A stretch of DNA of 63,020 bases, filler included, from Collodictyon triciliatum (lineage: Eukaryota), in assembly GCA_043381765.1 (NCBI GenBank). It is 17 parts of 17 records of this genome, joined end to end, with 100 filler letters (N's around TTAATTAATTAA, not from the genome) between each part and the next. Parts side by side here need not be neighbours in the genome. Positions count along the whole stretch, not along the records: positions 41,574 to 45,246 come from JBHJMP010007006.1; positions 45,347 to 49,017 come from JBHJMP010007007.1; positions 49,118 to 52,788 come from JBHJMP010007008.1; positions 52,889 to 56,559 come from JBHJMP010007009.1; positions 56,660 to 60,329 come from JBHJMP010007010.1; 12 more parts are not named here. One strand, given 5' to 3'. Shown here in pieces: positions 44,025-59,600 of this stretch; positions within the stretch are counted from its first letter, which is position 1, and every line of letters starts with the position of its first letter. A model generated the notes under the pieces. The model was not told the DNA's origin. It was given only the letters and a program-made list of their open reading frames with translations, and searched no databases. The position numbers and the translations under genes are program-made.

Positions 44025-45569
44025 GCTTTATTGATAGTCGTTGTCTTTATCAAAAGACTCAATGGGCATCTCGCTTGAAAGAATATATTCACCCTTGTCA
44101 TTTGTCTTTCTTCGATTCGGGTGCATCGTGCTTGCTCGATGAATTATGTTGGCGTCTTTGTTGCATAATGAGAAAAGAAAGAAAAGGGAGAAAGACATAG
44201 TAATTCCACAGTGAATCGTTTTTTATTTTAATAAATCTGGCTATTTAAGAAAAAAAATCATGCACCTATTTCCCCCGGATTCTGATATCTGGTTTATTTA
44301 CACCTTTTTCTTCTCTTTTAATTTCGATTTTTTTCTTCTCTTATTTTATGAAGACTTTGTCACCATCTTACACTATGATTGCCGAACCGTTTCCTTTTTC
44401 TTTACTTGTTGAATATCGCGCATCATTCTCTCCTGTGATGACGTTCAGAAGCGAGGATTCCGAATAAAATAGCCTGCTTAAATCGCTTCGTGTATCTGGT
44501 GATTCGCCTCCGGGGATTTAAGCCGGATCAATGCGGATTATTGCGGATTATTGCGGATTATTGCGGATTAATGTTCAGAAACATACTTCCCGTGCGGGAA
44601 AATATCAAAGTTATATTCCGTCCACTTTTCTTTGGTCACGGCGGATTAAATCAAGCGCAGGGATCACCGAAGACATCGGAGACAAAAAGGCCGTTCAGTT
44701 GGTTGCGTGGGAAGCATTTGCCTTTCGCAAAGTCCTAGCCGACCCATCAGGAAAACTTGTGGGCGGCTCTCTATATTCTTTTTTCTTTTCTTTTCTTTTC
44801 TTTTCTTTTCTTTTCTTTTCTTTTCTTTTCTTTTCTTTTCTTTTCTTTTCTTTTCTTTTCTTTTCTTTTTTCCATTTTTTCCATTTTTCCACTTACCTTG
44901 TCTTAGTACAATTCCTGCTCCTGTGACACTGTTTGGGTGATCCTGGGCGGAGTCCGACTTCTTTTCTCTCTTTTTCTCTCTCTCTTTTTTCTCTCTCTTT
45001 TTTCTCTCTCTTTTTTCTCTCTCTTTTTTCTCTCTCTTTTTTCTCTCTTTTTTTTCTCTCTTTTTTTTCTCTCTCTTTTTTTCTCTCTCTTTTTTTCTCT
45101 CTCTTTTTTTCTCTCTCTTTTTTTCTCTCTCTTTTTCTCTCTCTCTTTTTTTCTCTCTCTTTTTTTCTCTCTCTTTTTTTCTCTCTCTTTTTTTCTCTCT
45201 CTTTTTTTCTCTCTCTTTTTTTCTCTCTCTTTTTTTCTCTCTCTTTNNNNNNNNNNNNNNNNNNNNNNNNNNNNNNNNNNNNNNNNNNNNTTAATTAATT
45301 AANNNNNNNNNNNNNNNNNNNNNNNNNNNNNNNNNNNNNNNNNNNNTCTTTCTCTTCTTCTTCTTTCTCTTCTTCTTCTTTCTCTTCTTCTTCTTTCTCT
45401 TCTTCTCCTTTCTCTTCTCTTCTTCTCTTCTTCTCTTCTTCTCTTCTTCTCTTCTTCTCTTCTTCTCTTCTTCTCTTCTTCTCTTCTTCTCTTCTTCTCC
45501 TATGCCGTCGTCTCTCATGCAATGGGGAAAAAGTCACAGAGAAAATTATAAATATTATTTTTTTTATAG

Positions 45570-47452
<1,883 letters not shown>

Positions 47453-48911
47453 AACAACCTTTTATATTTCATCGTTGCGCATGATTAAAACATAATCAAA
47501 TGTCATATCATCTCTTACACAGCACCTTTTTTAAGAGACCAATTGAATAAATAAATTTAAATGAATGAAAAGACCTATAAGTAATTATGTCAAGTACAAT
47601 AAATCCATAATTTTCATCTTACCTTTAAAAAATAAAAACATGTATCTACTGAATATGTTTCTCGTCTTCTAAATTTAACACCCTCCAGTAATGTGATTTA
47701 TTATCATTAAAATATTCTTCATGTTTTTTTGTTTGTTTGTTATATAGTTATAAAAAGTATGTAATATATGGTGATCTATGTATACTAGCTCATTAAAGCC
47801 CTAACTTTTATTCACCAACAAGACTGAAATTAATTGTAATATATTCCTCAAAGCATCGACTGCACGCGTTAGAATTGCGTTCCGGACCAATATTCGATTC
47901 TGATACTGAAGAGTGTGAAGCCTGTAAGAGTTAGAAGTCGAGCAAGACAGAAGAAATGTTTTTCAATGCCCCAGAGTTCTAAAACCTTACTTTCAGAAAG
48001 CACTTAGTCTCGGAATTTCTAAATCAATCAAAAGAAGATGATATAGGAATATTTAGAATTTCGAAATAGTGCATCACCCTGCGACTCCATATACAAATCC
48101 CACACGATTTTCCACGCCAATATATTCCGTGCTACCGTAAGAGATACAGGCTCACTGCTTGATAAAGCGCTTCTTATAGTTCCAAAATGTTCATATCTCA
48201 ATTGTCACTATTAGAAAAATAAATCTGGTAAGATATTTTGTTGAGGATTGAAAATCGACAAAGAATTTGAATAGTTATGCGATTCTAATCTGCAATTCAT
48301 TTTTGAAAATAATAACGTTTACTGCTCGAGCGTGTCCACCCCTTTCATCATCGAAAACTACAGTGCGCGCATTAGAGGAATAACAAAGTGCTCTGCCATA
48401 ACATTCTTATGGTTCTCGGGGCAACTCCTGTGATTACGTGAGGAAAATTGTCTACGATTCACTTAATATGATAAAATAGATAGAAGAAAAAGGAGATTAG
48501 TATTTTTTTAAGCTCGTATGAACATCCCATTCATCAACCGAGAATCCCAAAGATGGCTGTGTATGGAAACCTTCCGAATTAATAATAGAAATGTAATGCA
48601 AAGGTAGTGCGTGAGTGAAATGGTTGCGATTCAATTTAGCTTTCGATATCGCAGAAAGACTCAGAAACGTGATGAAAAGGGGGAAATAGTCACAACCCCT
48701 GGAAACATCTGGTGGTGTTGTTATCAGAAAAGGAATCAGAAATTACTTGCACACAGCAATAGATTTAATGACATTCGTGTTTTGGATTACCTATCCACTT
48801 TTCATGACATTTACAATCCGCCAGCAAAAGTTACGGCATGAAGCTTCCCAATGGCAAAACACGAGACAGCAAGTTTGAAGCTGACGACACTCGAGCAAAA
48901 AAGGAAGGTGA

Positions 48912-48994
48912 TGACAAGAGTGGGATTTGAACCCACGCCCACAGAGTAGACTGCGACCTGAACGCAGCGCCTTAGACCGCTCGGCCATCTTGCC
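48912..48994 (-). tRNA. tRNA-Leu(CAG)
   Basis: GGCAAGATGGCCGAGCGGTCTAAGGCGCTGCGTTCAGGTCGCAGTCTACTCTGTGGGCGTGGGTTCAAATCCCACTCTTGTCA. It has a 7-bp acceptor stem, anticodon arm CTGCG-TT-CAG-GT-CGCAG, long variable arm and TTCAAATC T-loop, with a T6 Pol III terminator just downstream. Confidence 0.97.
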
Positions 48995-49117
48995 CTTCTT
49001 GATGCCAGTGGTATTATNNNNNNNNNNNNNNNNNNNNNNNNNNNNNNNNNNNNNNNNNNNNTTAATTAATTAANNNNNNNNNNNNNNNNNNNNNNNNNNN
49101 NNNNNNNNNNNNNNNNN

Positions 49118-52100
49118 AGTGTTTCGATTGTCTCATTTGATTTGTGTGCTTCCTCCTCCTTCGATTTCCTTGTGGATTCTATCTCGTCTCTCAGCTTACT
49201 GATTGCTGATTCATGCTCCTCAATAAGAAGCTGTCTTTCACGAAGAGATGAAGCTGTCGTATCTTGTTGCGACAAGATATTAGTTTTCAGCTGGTCCATA
49301 TTGGTATTCAGCTGAGCCACCTCATTCAAGAGAGACTCGTTCTCTTTTTGAAGTGATTCGATTCGCTCTTTCATTTGCAAAATGCTTACATTTTTTTCAG
49401 ATATTTGAGCGAATTGAGATTCATTCTCCTTCTGTAGTAATTCGATTTTCTCTTTCAGTTGTAAAATATTTACATCTTTATCAGAAATTTGAGCGTATTG
49501 AGATTCATTTGCTTTCTGTAGTGTTTCGATTTTCTCTTTCAGTTGTAAAATGCTTACATCTTTTTCGGATATTTGATTGGATTGGGACTCATTCTCTTTC
49601 TGTAGTGACCCAATATGCTCTTTCAGTTGCAAATTACTTGTATCTTTTTCAGATATTTGAGTGGATTGGGATTCATTCTCCTTCTGTAGTGATTCAATTC
49701 GCTCTTCCAGTTGTAAAATATTTACATCTTTTTCAGAAATTTGATTGGATTGGGACTCGATCTCTTTCTGTAGTGACCCAATATGCTCTTTCAATTGCAA
49801 AATACTTACATCTTTTTCAGATATTTGAGTGGATTGAGATTCGTTCTCCTTCTGAAGTGATTCGATTTGCTCTTTCAGTTGCGTTACAACTTGCTTTGCC
49901 TTCGATTTGAGTGCTTCGATTGTCTCATTTGATTTGTGTGCTTCCTCCTCCTTCGATTTCCTTGTGGATTCTATCTCGTCTCTCAGCTTACTGATTGCTG
50001 ATTCATGCTCCTCAATAAGAAGCTGTCTTTCACGAAGAGATGAAGCTGTCGTATCTTGTTGCGACGAGATATTAGTTTTCAGTTGGTCCATATTGGTATT
50101 CAGCTGAGCCACCTCATTCAAGAGAGACTCGTTCTCTTTTTGAAGTGATTCGATTCGCTCTTTCAATTGCAAAATGCTTACATCTTTTTCGGATATTTGA
50201 TTGGATTGAGATTCATTCTCTTTCTGAAGTGATTCGATATTCTCTTTCAGTTGTAAAATGCTTACATCTTTTTCAGATATTTGAGTGGATTGAGATTCGT
50301 TCTCCTTCTGAAGTGATTCGATTTGCTCTTTCAGTTGCTTTACAACTTGTTTTGCCTTCGATTTGAGTGTTTCGATCGCCTCATTTGATTTGTGTGCCTC
50401 ATCTTCCTTCGATTTCCTTGTGGATTCTATCTCATCTCTCAGCTTGCTGATTGCTGATTCATGCTCCTCAATAAGAAGCTGTCTCTCACGAAGAGATGAA
50501 GCTGTCGTATCTTGTTGTGACGAGATATTAGTTTTCAGTTGGTCCATATTGGTATTCAGCTGGGCCACCTCATTCAGGAGAGACTCGTTCTCTTTTTGTA
50601 GTGACCCAATATGCTCTTTCAGTTGCAAAATGCTTACATCTTTTTCAGATATTTGAGTGGATTGAGACTCGATCTCTTTCTGTAGTGATTCAATTTTCTC
50701 TTTCAGTTGCAAAATACTTGCGTCTTTTTCAGATATTTGAGTGGATTGAGATTCATTTTCCTTCTGTAGTGATTCAATTTTCTCTTTCAATTGCAAAATG
50801 CTTACATCTTTTTCAGATATTTGAGTGGATTGAGACTCGATCTCTTTCTGTAGTGATTCGATTTGCTCTTTCAGTTGCAAAATGCTTACATCTTTTTCAG
50901 ATATTTGAGTGGATTGAGACTCGATCTCTTTCTGTAGTGATTCGATTTGCTCTTTCAGTTGCAAAATACTTGCGTCTTTTTCAGATATTTGAGTGGATTG
51001 AGATTCATTTTCCTTCTGTAGTGATTCGATTTGCTCTTTCAGTTGCAAAATGCTAACATCTTTTTCAGAAATTTGAGCGTATTGAGATTCATTTTCTTTC
51101 TGTAGTGACCCAATATGCTCTTTCAGTTGCAAAATACTTGCGTCTTTTTCAGATATTTGAGTGGATTGAGACTTGTTCTCTTTCTGTAGTGATTCGATTT
51201 TCCCTTTCATTTGCAAAATGCTTACATTTTTTTCAGATATTTGATTGGATTGGGATTCATTTTCCTTCTGTAGTGATTCGATTTGCTCTTTTAGTTGCAA
51301 ATTACTTGTATCTTTTTCAGATATTTGAGTGGATTGAGACTCGTTCTCCTTCTGAAGTGATTCGATTTGTTCTTTCAATTGCAAAATACTTGCGTCTTTT
51401 TCAAATATTTGAGTGGATTGGGACTCGTTCTCCTTCTGAAGTGATTCGATTTGCTCTTTCAGTTGCATTACAACTTGTTTTGCCTTCGATTTGAGTGTTT
51501 CGATCGCCTCATTTGATTTGTGTGCCTCATCTTCCTTCGATTTCCTTGTGGATTCTACCTCATCTCTCAGCTTGCTGATTGCTGATTCATGCTCCTCAAT
51601 AAGAAGCTGTCTCTCACGAAGAGATGAAGCTGTTATATCTTCTTGCGACGAGATATTAGTTTTCAGTTGGTCCATACTGGTATTCAGCTGAGCCACCTCA
51701 TTCAAGAGAGACTCGTTCTCTTTTTGAAGTGATTCGATTTGCTCTTCCAGTTGCGAAATGCTTACATATTTTTCGGATATTTGATTGGATTGTGATTCGT
51801 TGTCTTTTTGAAGTGATTCGATTTGCTCTTTCATTTGCAAAATACTTGCATCTTTTTCAGATATTTGATTGGATTGGGACTCATTCTCTTTCTGTAGTGA
51901 CCCAATATGCTCTTTCAATTGTAAAATACTTGCGTCTTTTTCAGATATTTGAGTGGATTGAGACTCGTTCCCTCTTTTGAGTAATTCGATTTGCTCTTTC
52001 AGTTGCGTTACAACTTGTTTTGCCTTCGATTTGAGTGCTTCGATTGTCTCATTTGATTTGTGTGCTTCCTCCTCCTTCGATTTCCTTGTGGATTCTATCT

Positions 52101-52788
52101 CGTCTCTCAGCTTGCTGATTGCTGATTCATGCTCCTCAATAAGAAGCTGTCTCTCACGAAGAGATGAGGCTGTCGTATCTTGTTGTGACGAGATATTAGT
52201 TTTCAGTTGGTCCATACTGGTATTCAGCTGGGCCACCTCATTCAAGAGAGACTCGTTGTCTTTTTGAAGTGATTCAATTTGCTCTTTTAGTTGTGAGATG
52301 CTTGCATCTTTTTCATATATTTGAGTAGAGCGAGACTCGTTCTCTAACTGAAGTGATTCAATTTGTTCTTTCAATTGAACAACAACTTGTTTAGCTTTCG
52401 ATTTAAGGACTTCAATTGTTTCATTCAGTTTATTAATTTCATTTTCCTTCAAAACACGAGCGGATTCTATTTCACTCCGTAAATTTCTTATAGTAGTCTC
52501 ACAACTGTCTAGATCCTTTTCTAGCCCATGCAATTTTTGATCTCTTTCCGAAAGTATTGATGAATTATCTATGTATTCTGAGTGAATAATGAGGCGTGAT
52601 TCATTCATGTTGTCTGATGATATATCCTGACTCGGACGAGCAGGTTTTAAATGTCCCTTAAGTGATCTATTTTGGTTCACAATTGATTCAGTTTGGATGT
52701 CTCTGCCGTCATGACTTACCTCCCCTGTGGTAGATTCGGCATATAATTCGGTGCTATCGTTCACCCTATTCGATTTGGACTCTACCCC
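49118..52788 (-). CDS. Giant coiled-coil repeat protein fragment
   Basis: ORF of more than 1200 aa. Tandem 28-aa units (QLKEQIESLQKENESQSTQISEKDASIL) are interspersed with five copies of an ~80-aa module (LLNEVAQLNT...KAKQVV; the last is cut by the contig end). Confidence 0.88.
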
Positions 52789-54246
52789 NNNNNNNNNNNN
52801 NNNNNNNNNNNNNNNNNNNNNNNNNNNNNNNNTTAATTAATTAANNNNNNNNNNNNNNNNNNNNNNNNNNNNNNNNNNNNNNNNNNNNATGAGAGGTTTC
52901 TTCCAAAAAAAATGAAAAAAAAAAAAAAAAAAAAAAATTCAAACCTTCGCTACTAGATTGAGGTCTTCATATATCAATATATACCAGCAGAAACGATATC
53001 CTTGAACAGGCGAATAAGCAGGGGAAAACCGAATACTTGAAGACAATCCAAACAGAACATTTAAAAAAAAATAGAGGTGAAACTAAGAGAGTTGCAGGTC
53101 ACAACCTGGTGGATTTATGAGAGCACAACCAATTATCTCTAAGGTGACACTTGGCAGTGGAGCTTGGTGTTGATAGCCTTCGCACAAACTGCAGGGTCAG
53201 GTAAGTGCACAAACATTTTTGGCTCAAGCAACCTGGCGATTGGGCTTGCCTCTTAGTGCGACAAAGGCATTCTGGATTCACATTTTTTAACAAATCGCCC
53301 TAATTTCCGCATGTAGCTTTTATACCTATTCTGGAAAATAGTGAGTAATTTGTCAAACCAACAACTTTAACAGAATGTAAGACATATTTGTCACTTTAAT
53401 TATATAATTACACTTTCCTAATTTTCTATAGATATGCAGCCTTGTTATCTCTGCTACATGTCATTATATGTGATTATTTATAAAATCCACTTATTAACTA
53501 AATTAAATACTGAAGATTGGATAATTGAAGTAATTTTCATAGAAAGTTCTTTGTGACAATCACCTCAACGGATTCAGTCAGAACATTATTTGGGAATTCC
53601 AAAAAAAAGGCCAGTGCGAATACAGATATGTGTCAACGCATGCGCCACAGATTTTCACCGAAAACAAGCAAGGCATCACCAGAGAGAGGTCAGCACACCA
53701 AAACAGGCCTTGAAAAAATTCCTATGGACAGAATATCCAGAAATATACGTTCTCTACGAAAATTCATTGGGAGATGACATCGGAAAACGGTTATCAATTT
53801 AGGTTTGGGCAGAAAACGTGAATTAGAAGCCGAAGCTACGTTGTGAATCAAAAAATTCAAACAAAAAAGAAAAACAAACATCAGGATAAATTCAAATTCA
53901 AAATGAATGGACTATTGTGGAAGCGAGATTCTCCATGCAACTTGCCACCTAACCAGCAGCCATTCGGCTCACCCCAGGCCACGGCAAGCACACAAACACG
54001 CGCGCCACTTTCACATATAAAATTCACAACACAACACAACACAGATATAACGCGCCCATAAAAACGCACCCACCGCACCAACCAAAGATGCAACGAAATC
54101 TTCCCATGCAGCCGAAAACCCACAGCAAAGAAAGAATCCCAACCACCGCACACTGCCACTATTCTAGAGTCCTCCACAAACCAAAGGACCGCAGCCAAAA
54201 TCCACACCCAACCTGATCACCAACGACGCAGAGAGCTGCGCCAGAA

Positions 54247-55002
54247 ATGGAGACGGAGTGGCAGCACCACCGCAGCAAACACATGCAGAGAAGACCCGGC
54301 GGCAGCGAGAGGCGAGTGTGGCGGGCGGAGGAGGATGCGGCACTTCGGGCAGCGATGGCGGAGCATCAGCTACAACAACAACAACAACTTCAACTTCAAC
54401 AACAGGAGAGTCAGAATCAGAGTCAGAGCGAGGCCGAGCGCGTGCGGGAGCGAGTATGCTGGGCGGCGATTGCGCGGCGGGCTGGGCTGGACCGGAGTGG
54501 CGACCAGTGCAGCCAGCGATGGACACGGGTGTTGGACCCGAGCATTGCACGCGGGGCGTGGACACCGGCAGAGGATGCGGCTCTGCTTGCTCGCGTGCGG
54601 CTGGTGGGGCCGCGCTGGTGGCGTGAAGTGGCGCGGGCATTGCCGGGGCGGACGGATCAGCAGGTGCGTGCCCGTTGGGAGTGGCTTGTGGCTCGCCATC
54701 GCCAGTCCGCTGCCACAAATGCGTCATCATCATCACTCGCTGCCACAAATGCGTCATCATCATTACTCGCTGCCACAAATGCATCATCATCATCACTCGC
54801 TGCCACAAATGCATCATCATTACTCGCTGCCACAACATCCGGTCCTGTCCGCATCCACATTCATGACTGCACCCGCTATCTTCGCGCTGGGCGCAGACTC
54901 CCCTCCGAACACGCCCTTCGTGCGATGCATCTGCCTTCTCCTCCTTCTCCGGCGGCTGCGCGAATTGCTGTTGCCTCTCTCCTCAATCCCCTCCCAGATT
55001 GA
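54247..55002 (+). CDS. Myb-domain transcription factor (two Myb repeats, poly-Q insert), intronless
   Basis: W..EED..L...[polyQ]...WAAIARRAGLDRSGDQCSQRW...LDPSIARGAWTPAEDAALL...GPRWWREVARALPGRTDQQVRARW; C-terminal IAVASLLN. Confidence 0.92.
   Translation: METEWQHHRSKHMQRRPGGSERRVWRAEEDAALRAAMAEHQLQQQQQLQLQQQESQNQSQSEAERVRERVCWAAIARRAGLDRSGDQCSQRWTRVLDPSIARGAWTPAEDAALLARVRLVGPRWWREVARALPGRTDQQVRARWEWLVARHRQSAATNASSSSLAATNASSSLLAATNASSSSLAATNASSLLAATTSGPVRIHIHDCTRYLRAGRRLPSEHALRAMHLPSPPSPAAARIAVASLLNPLPD
54709..54836 (+). repeat. 27-30-nt tandem repeat within Myb gene (AATNASSSSL x4)
   Basis: GCTGCCACAAATGCRTCATCATCATYACTC repeated four times. Confidence 0.9.
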
Positions 55003-56659
55003 CAGACTGGCTGACGGATTCGACTCTTTTTGCTTAAACATCATCCGTAGCGTCCGCCTGGCCTGTCTCTGGTTGGTTGATTCGCCTGACGAAGAGAGCC
55101 CTTTGTAGGCCTCGATTGACTAGGCATCCTTTTACTTTTTCTTTCTCTTGTGTTTTGATGTGCGATGTGTTTATGATTTCGGGTGAAGCATGAATCGGTG
55201 TTGGATGGAACCTACACAGGTCGTACGATGGGAAGCTTGGCCGAGTTGGCTGGCATTTCGCTGGGATAGGTGCTTGCTTCTGCGCAACAGGGAGGTGTGA
55301 AAAAGCATATCGAAAGCGAGTTCTCTGCTGCGTCTGATGTTGAGTTTGGATTAAGAGAAAATAAAAGCCAGGGGTTTTGGAAGGCGGCATGGTAATTGAC
55401 GGACCATAAGACTAGCCGAGAGCGTGGATTAGAATCCTCGCACAAACGCATTCAGCTGTCTGGTTAGGTGGTAGGCAGCCATCCAGTGCCTTTTGTTTGA
55501 TGGCATTGTGATTCGATCAAGGCTTGATTCTTGCGAAAGGTTGCCAGGCAAATGGCCGAATCCCTTCCGGTACATCCTTCAATCTCTCCCTCTCTTATCG
55601 GAGAGTACGTTATTCTCCCTTCCACAGCAAAAATTCTCTGCGTTTCTCTCCTTCCCATATATACAGCCCAAATCGCACGCAAATGGCTCAAGTATTTTCC
55701 GAGCGTTTGTACATATGAATATGATTCATCCAATCACCTGCCAACACGAAACATCTCAATCCTCATTGGGAAAAGCAGTTTGCCGCTTAAGGTGATAATT
55801 GATGCCGGATTTAGAACTGGGCGAGTGCGAATTTGGAAAACGTTATGGACTTTTATGGACAAACATATATCCAACTCTGGACAAACGATTTGGTGCGCTA
55901 TAGAGGCTAATGTTCTAGCAAGATATAGTTTTCGATATATTTGGGTTGCAAGATTTTTCAACCAATTGTGGAAAATCGAAATGTGTTCTGCTATTTAATT
56001 AATGATACCAAATTAGTATATAGTTTATTATTATATGATGTCATCTTTGAAAGATACCTATCCGAATCAGATCAATATTTTATTCAAAGACAATATACAT
56101 AAGAGGATATTCCTACTGAATGTTTTGATTTGTAAAGTCGAATCAGAAAAATATTTTTTCTTTGGGCTGATCTGGTTTGTCTTTGATCAAAAATGAAAAA
56201 AAGCTAAAGGAAAAAAAAGAGCAGCAGTCTGTCACAACAACTTTGCAGAAAAGAATAGGGAGAATCAAATCAAATCAAACCAAACCAAAACAAAAAGCAA
56301 ACAGAAGTAACAGAAAAGAAAAGTATAGCAACTGCATATCTAAAAAACCTCTCCCCTGGATTCTCCGAACAACTTCCCCAACCCCAACAATCTCTGCTCT
56401 CGATCCCTCTCTCGCACAGCTCGAAACACAGCACCAAACCGCAGTGGACCCCTACACCAACGAAACAAAACAAAACAAAACAAAACAAAACAAAACAAAA
56501 CAAAACAAAACAAAACAAAACAAAACAAAACAAAACAAAACAAAACAAAACAAAACAAANNNNNNNNNNNNNNNNNNNNNNNNNNNNNNNNNNNNNNNNN
56601 NNNTTAATTAATTAANNNNNNNNNNNNNNNNNNNNNNNNNNNNNNNNNNNNNNNNNNNN

Positions 56660-59600
56660 CAGGTCTTTCTGTCATGATTTTCACTTTCCACAGTACAAAA
56701 GCAGGCAGACCAACCAAGAAAAGAAAGAAAACCGGAACAGATATTGCAAGCAGTTTTTGATATTCATCCGTGGCTGGGCTGCATTGAACCCAGGGCTTGA
56801 AATTCAGATACCATTTATTCACACCTTCGTCATAAACGGTGCATCCAAAAACACCAAACACCTCTTTTGCAACCGAGTAGTATATAAAAAACAGAAGATT
56901 CAATGCGATGAAAACAGCCTGCAATAAAATATTTTTTTTAGAATTACTAAAGATGAAACTGTATCTAATAGAAAAATTGATAATTGAACATTAATTTTTT
57001 CATCCTTACTTTGTTCTGTTTGTGTCCATATCCGAAATAGTACGTAGCTGAGCCAACGATGATAAAGATTGGTATTCTTGCAAAACTGAACATCAGAGAA
57101 GCAAATACATCGTCTACTCCAAGGACACAGGAAAGGCTGGGAAATTGAATTGAACCAATCGACGATGAGACTTCGATAAAGCTGTTTGCATCTTCTGAAA
57201 GAACAAGTCCACTAGACACAATCGACAGTGTTTGCATGTGGAACATTATTATCCTGAGTTTCGCTACAAAAATATTCTGATTAATATAATAAGAATCAAG
57301 TGAAATAACTTAGTAACATTTACCTGATTTTGATGTCTCTGTGAAATACAGATAGCAAATGAACATAAAGAATCCAATCGAAGCAAGAATCAGAGTTGAA
57401 TAAATTGTTCCTTTATCGCATTTCACACACGACCTTCCTTGATTTCCGTATCCATTCTGACATTTTGAGCAGGCATAACCTTCATAGCCCTCTTGACAAA
57501 GGTCTATGATTTCGACCGTCGTATTTGAATTCGAAATTTTCTCTGGAATCGACACATCACATGGCTCGCGACGTGGACACGGCAGTATTGATTTCACAGA
57601 GGTGACGCTTGGTGAAGCATGACAGAATTTCAAGGACGTTCCATCAAGGCAATCACATCCTCTTGGGCATTGAACGCAGTTATTTCCAAATCCAAAATAT
57701 CCAGGCAAGCATTTACAAAATTCAAAGTCATAGTATTCTGGATTCAAGTCAACCTCCAACTCAATCAGACCAGATTTCGAAATAATAGAAGGACAAAGGT
57801 AGCGTTTCGTTTCATCTTGGAGATTGAAAGATGTTGTAAAATTCATGAAATCAGGAAGAAAATTGGCTGTTCCGTGATTCATCGATGTTCTATTCAATCC
57901 CAAATACTCGAGCTTTGAAAACCCGATGTATGATTCGGGAATGCTTCCAACAATCGGATTTCCAGTGAGGTCAAGGTAAGTCCATCTCAATAGATTTGTG
58001 AGTTCATCAAGCTTAGTGATGTTGTTTTTCTTAATACTAAACGTTTTTATGTTAACAACATAGTTATAAAGTCTCCAATTCAATGCTCCATAGAGTTGGT
58101 TGTCATCAAGCAAAAGGTTTTCATAAAAGTAATCGTAATTTCCTGAAGCTGGAACAATAAAAATGCCAATGTCTCCTGAAAATGAGTTGTTTCTCAAGTC
58201 AATGGTGACTAGATTCGGCAGATTCCAGAATAAATCAGGCATACTTCCGGACAATTTATTGTGAGATAAAACGAGTGATTTCAGCTCTGACAGTCCCTGA
58301 AAATAGGTTGGGACTGTGCCGTTCATTTTGTTCCAAGACAAGTCGATGTATTTAATTGATGGTAATTTCCAGTAATTGGGAATAGAGCCAGTGATTTGGT
58401 TTTCGCTCACATCTAGTCTCGTCAGGTTATTCAGATTGAACATCGGTAATGTGCCTGACAACTTATTTCGGAACAACACTATTTCCTTGATGTTTATGCA
58501 ATCTTTGAAATCTGGAACTTCTCCCTCTAGTTGATTATCATAGACAGAAAATATCTCCAGTTTACGCATATTTGAAAGGTCTGGTATTGTGCCTAAAATT
58601 AATCATTAAATTTACAGGAAATATGAAAATCAAAAGAAATAGAAATGGAAAATAAATAGAAATCACCATTCAATCTGTTTCTGTCAAGATAAATTCTTCT
58701 AACACTTGGATTTCCATTAAAGTTTGGAACCGTTCCTATAATGTTGAGTTAGTTTTTATTAATAATGCATGAAATAATAGTTAAAAATTACCAGTCAATT
58801 GGTTGTCGACAAGAGAAATCCTTTCAATATTTGGAATTCCACTGAAGTTTGGAACGGTTCCTGTAATATAAAGTGAGCTTTTTCATCAATATTACATGAA
58901 ATAATGATTAAACTTACCAGTCAATTTATTGCTGGAAAGATAAATTCTTAAAACATTTGGAATTCCACTAAAGTTTGGAACTGTCCCTGTAATATATAGT
59001 TAGTTTTTTTTTTTTATTAATAACATATGAAATAATAATTAAACATACCAATCAACTGGTTGCTGGAAAGATAAATTATTTCAACATTTGGAATTCCACT
59101 GAAGTTTGGAATGGTCCCTGTAATATATAGTTAGTTTTCATCAATAATGCATGAAATAACAATTAAAACTTACCATCCAACTGGTTGTTGTAAAGAATAA
59201 TTCCCAAAACATTTGGAATTCCACTGAAGTTTGGAACTGTCCCTGTAATGTAAAGTTGGCTTTTTTTATATTACGTGAAAATAATAATTAAAACTTACCA
59301 TCCAATTGATTGCTGGAAAGATTAATTATTAAAACTATCGGAATTCCACTGAAGTTTGGAACCGTTCCTGTGTTATAAAGTTAGTTTTTCATCAATAATA
59401 CATAAAATAATAATTAAAACTTACCATCCAACTGATTGCTGTGAAGATAAATTCTTAAAACATTTGGAATTCTACTGAAGTTTGGAACGGTTCCTGTAGT
59501 ATAAAATTAGTTTTTTTAATAATACATGAAAATAATAATAATTAAACTTACCAGTCAATTGATTGTTGAAAAGATAAATTCTTAAAACATTTGGAATTCT

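Noticed and set aside
44531-44570. 10-nt tandem repeat TTGCGGATTA x4
   Set aside because: An isolated minisatellite with no supporting context for a function.
49353-52267. Multiple plus-strand hydrophobic ORFs
   Set aside because: Antisense shadows of the coiled-coil repeat gene.
55464-55998. 155-aa ORF downstream of Myb as a mobile-element remnant
   Set aside because: No recognisable RT, integrase or nuclease motif.
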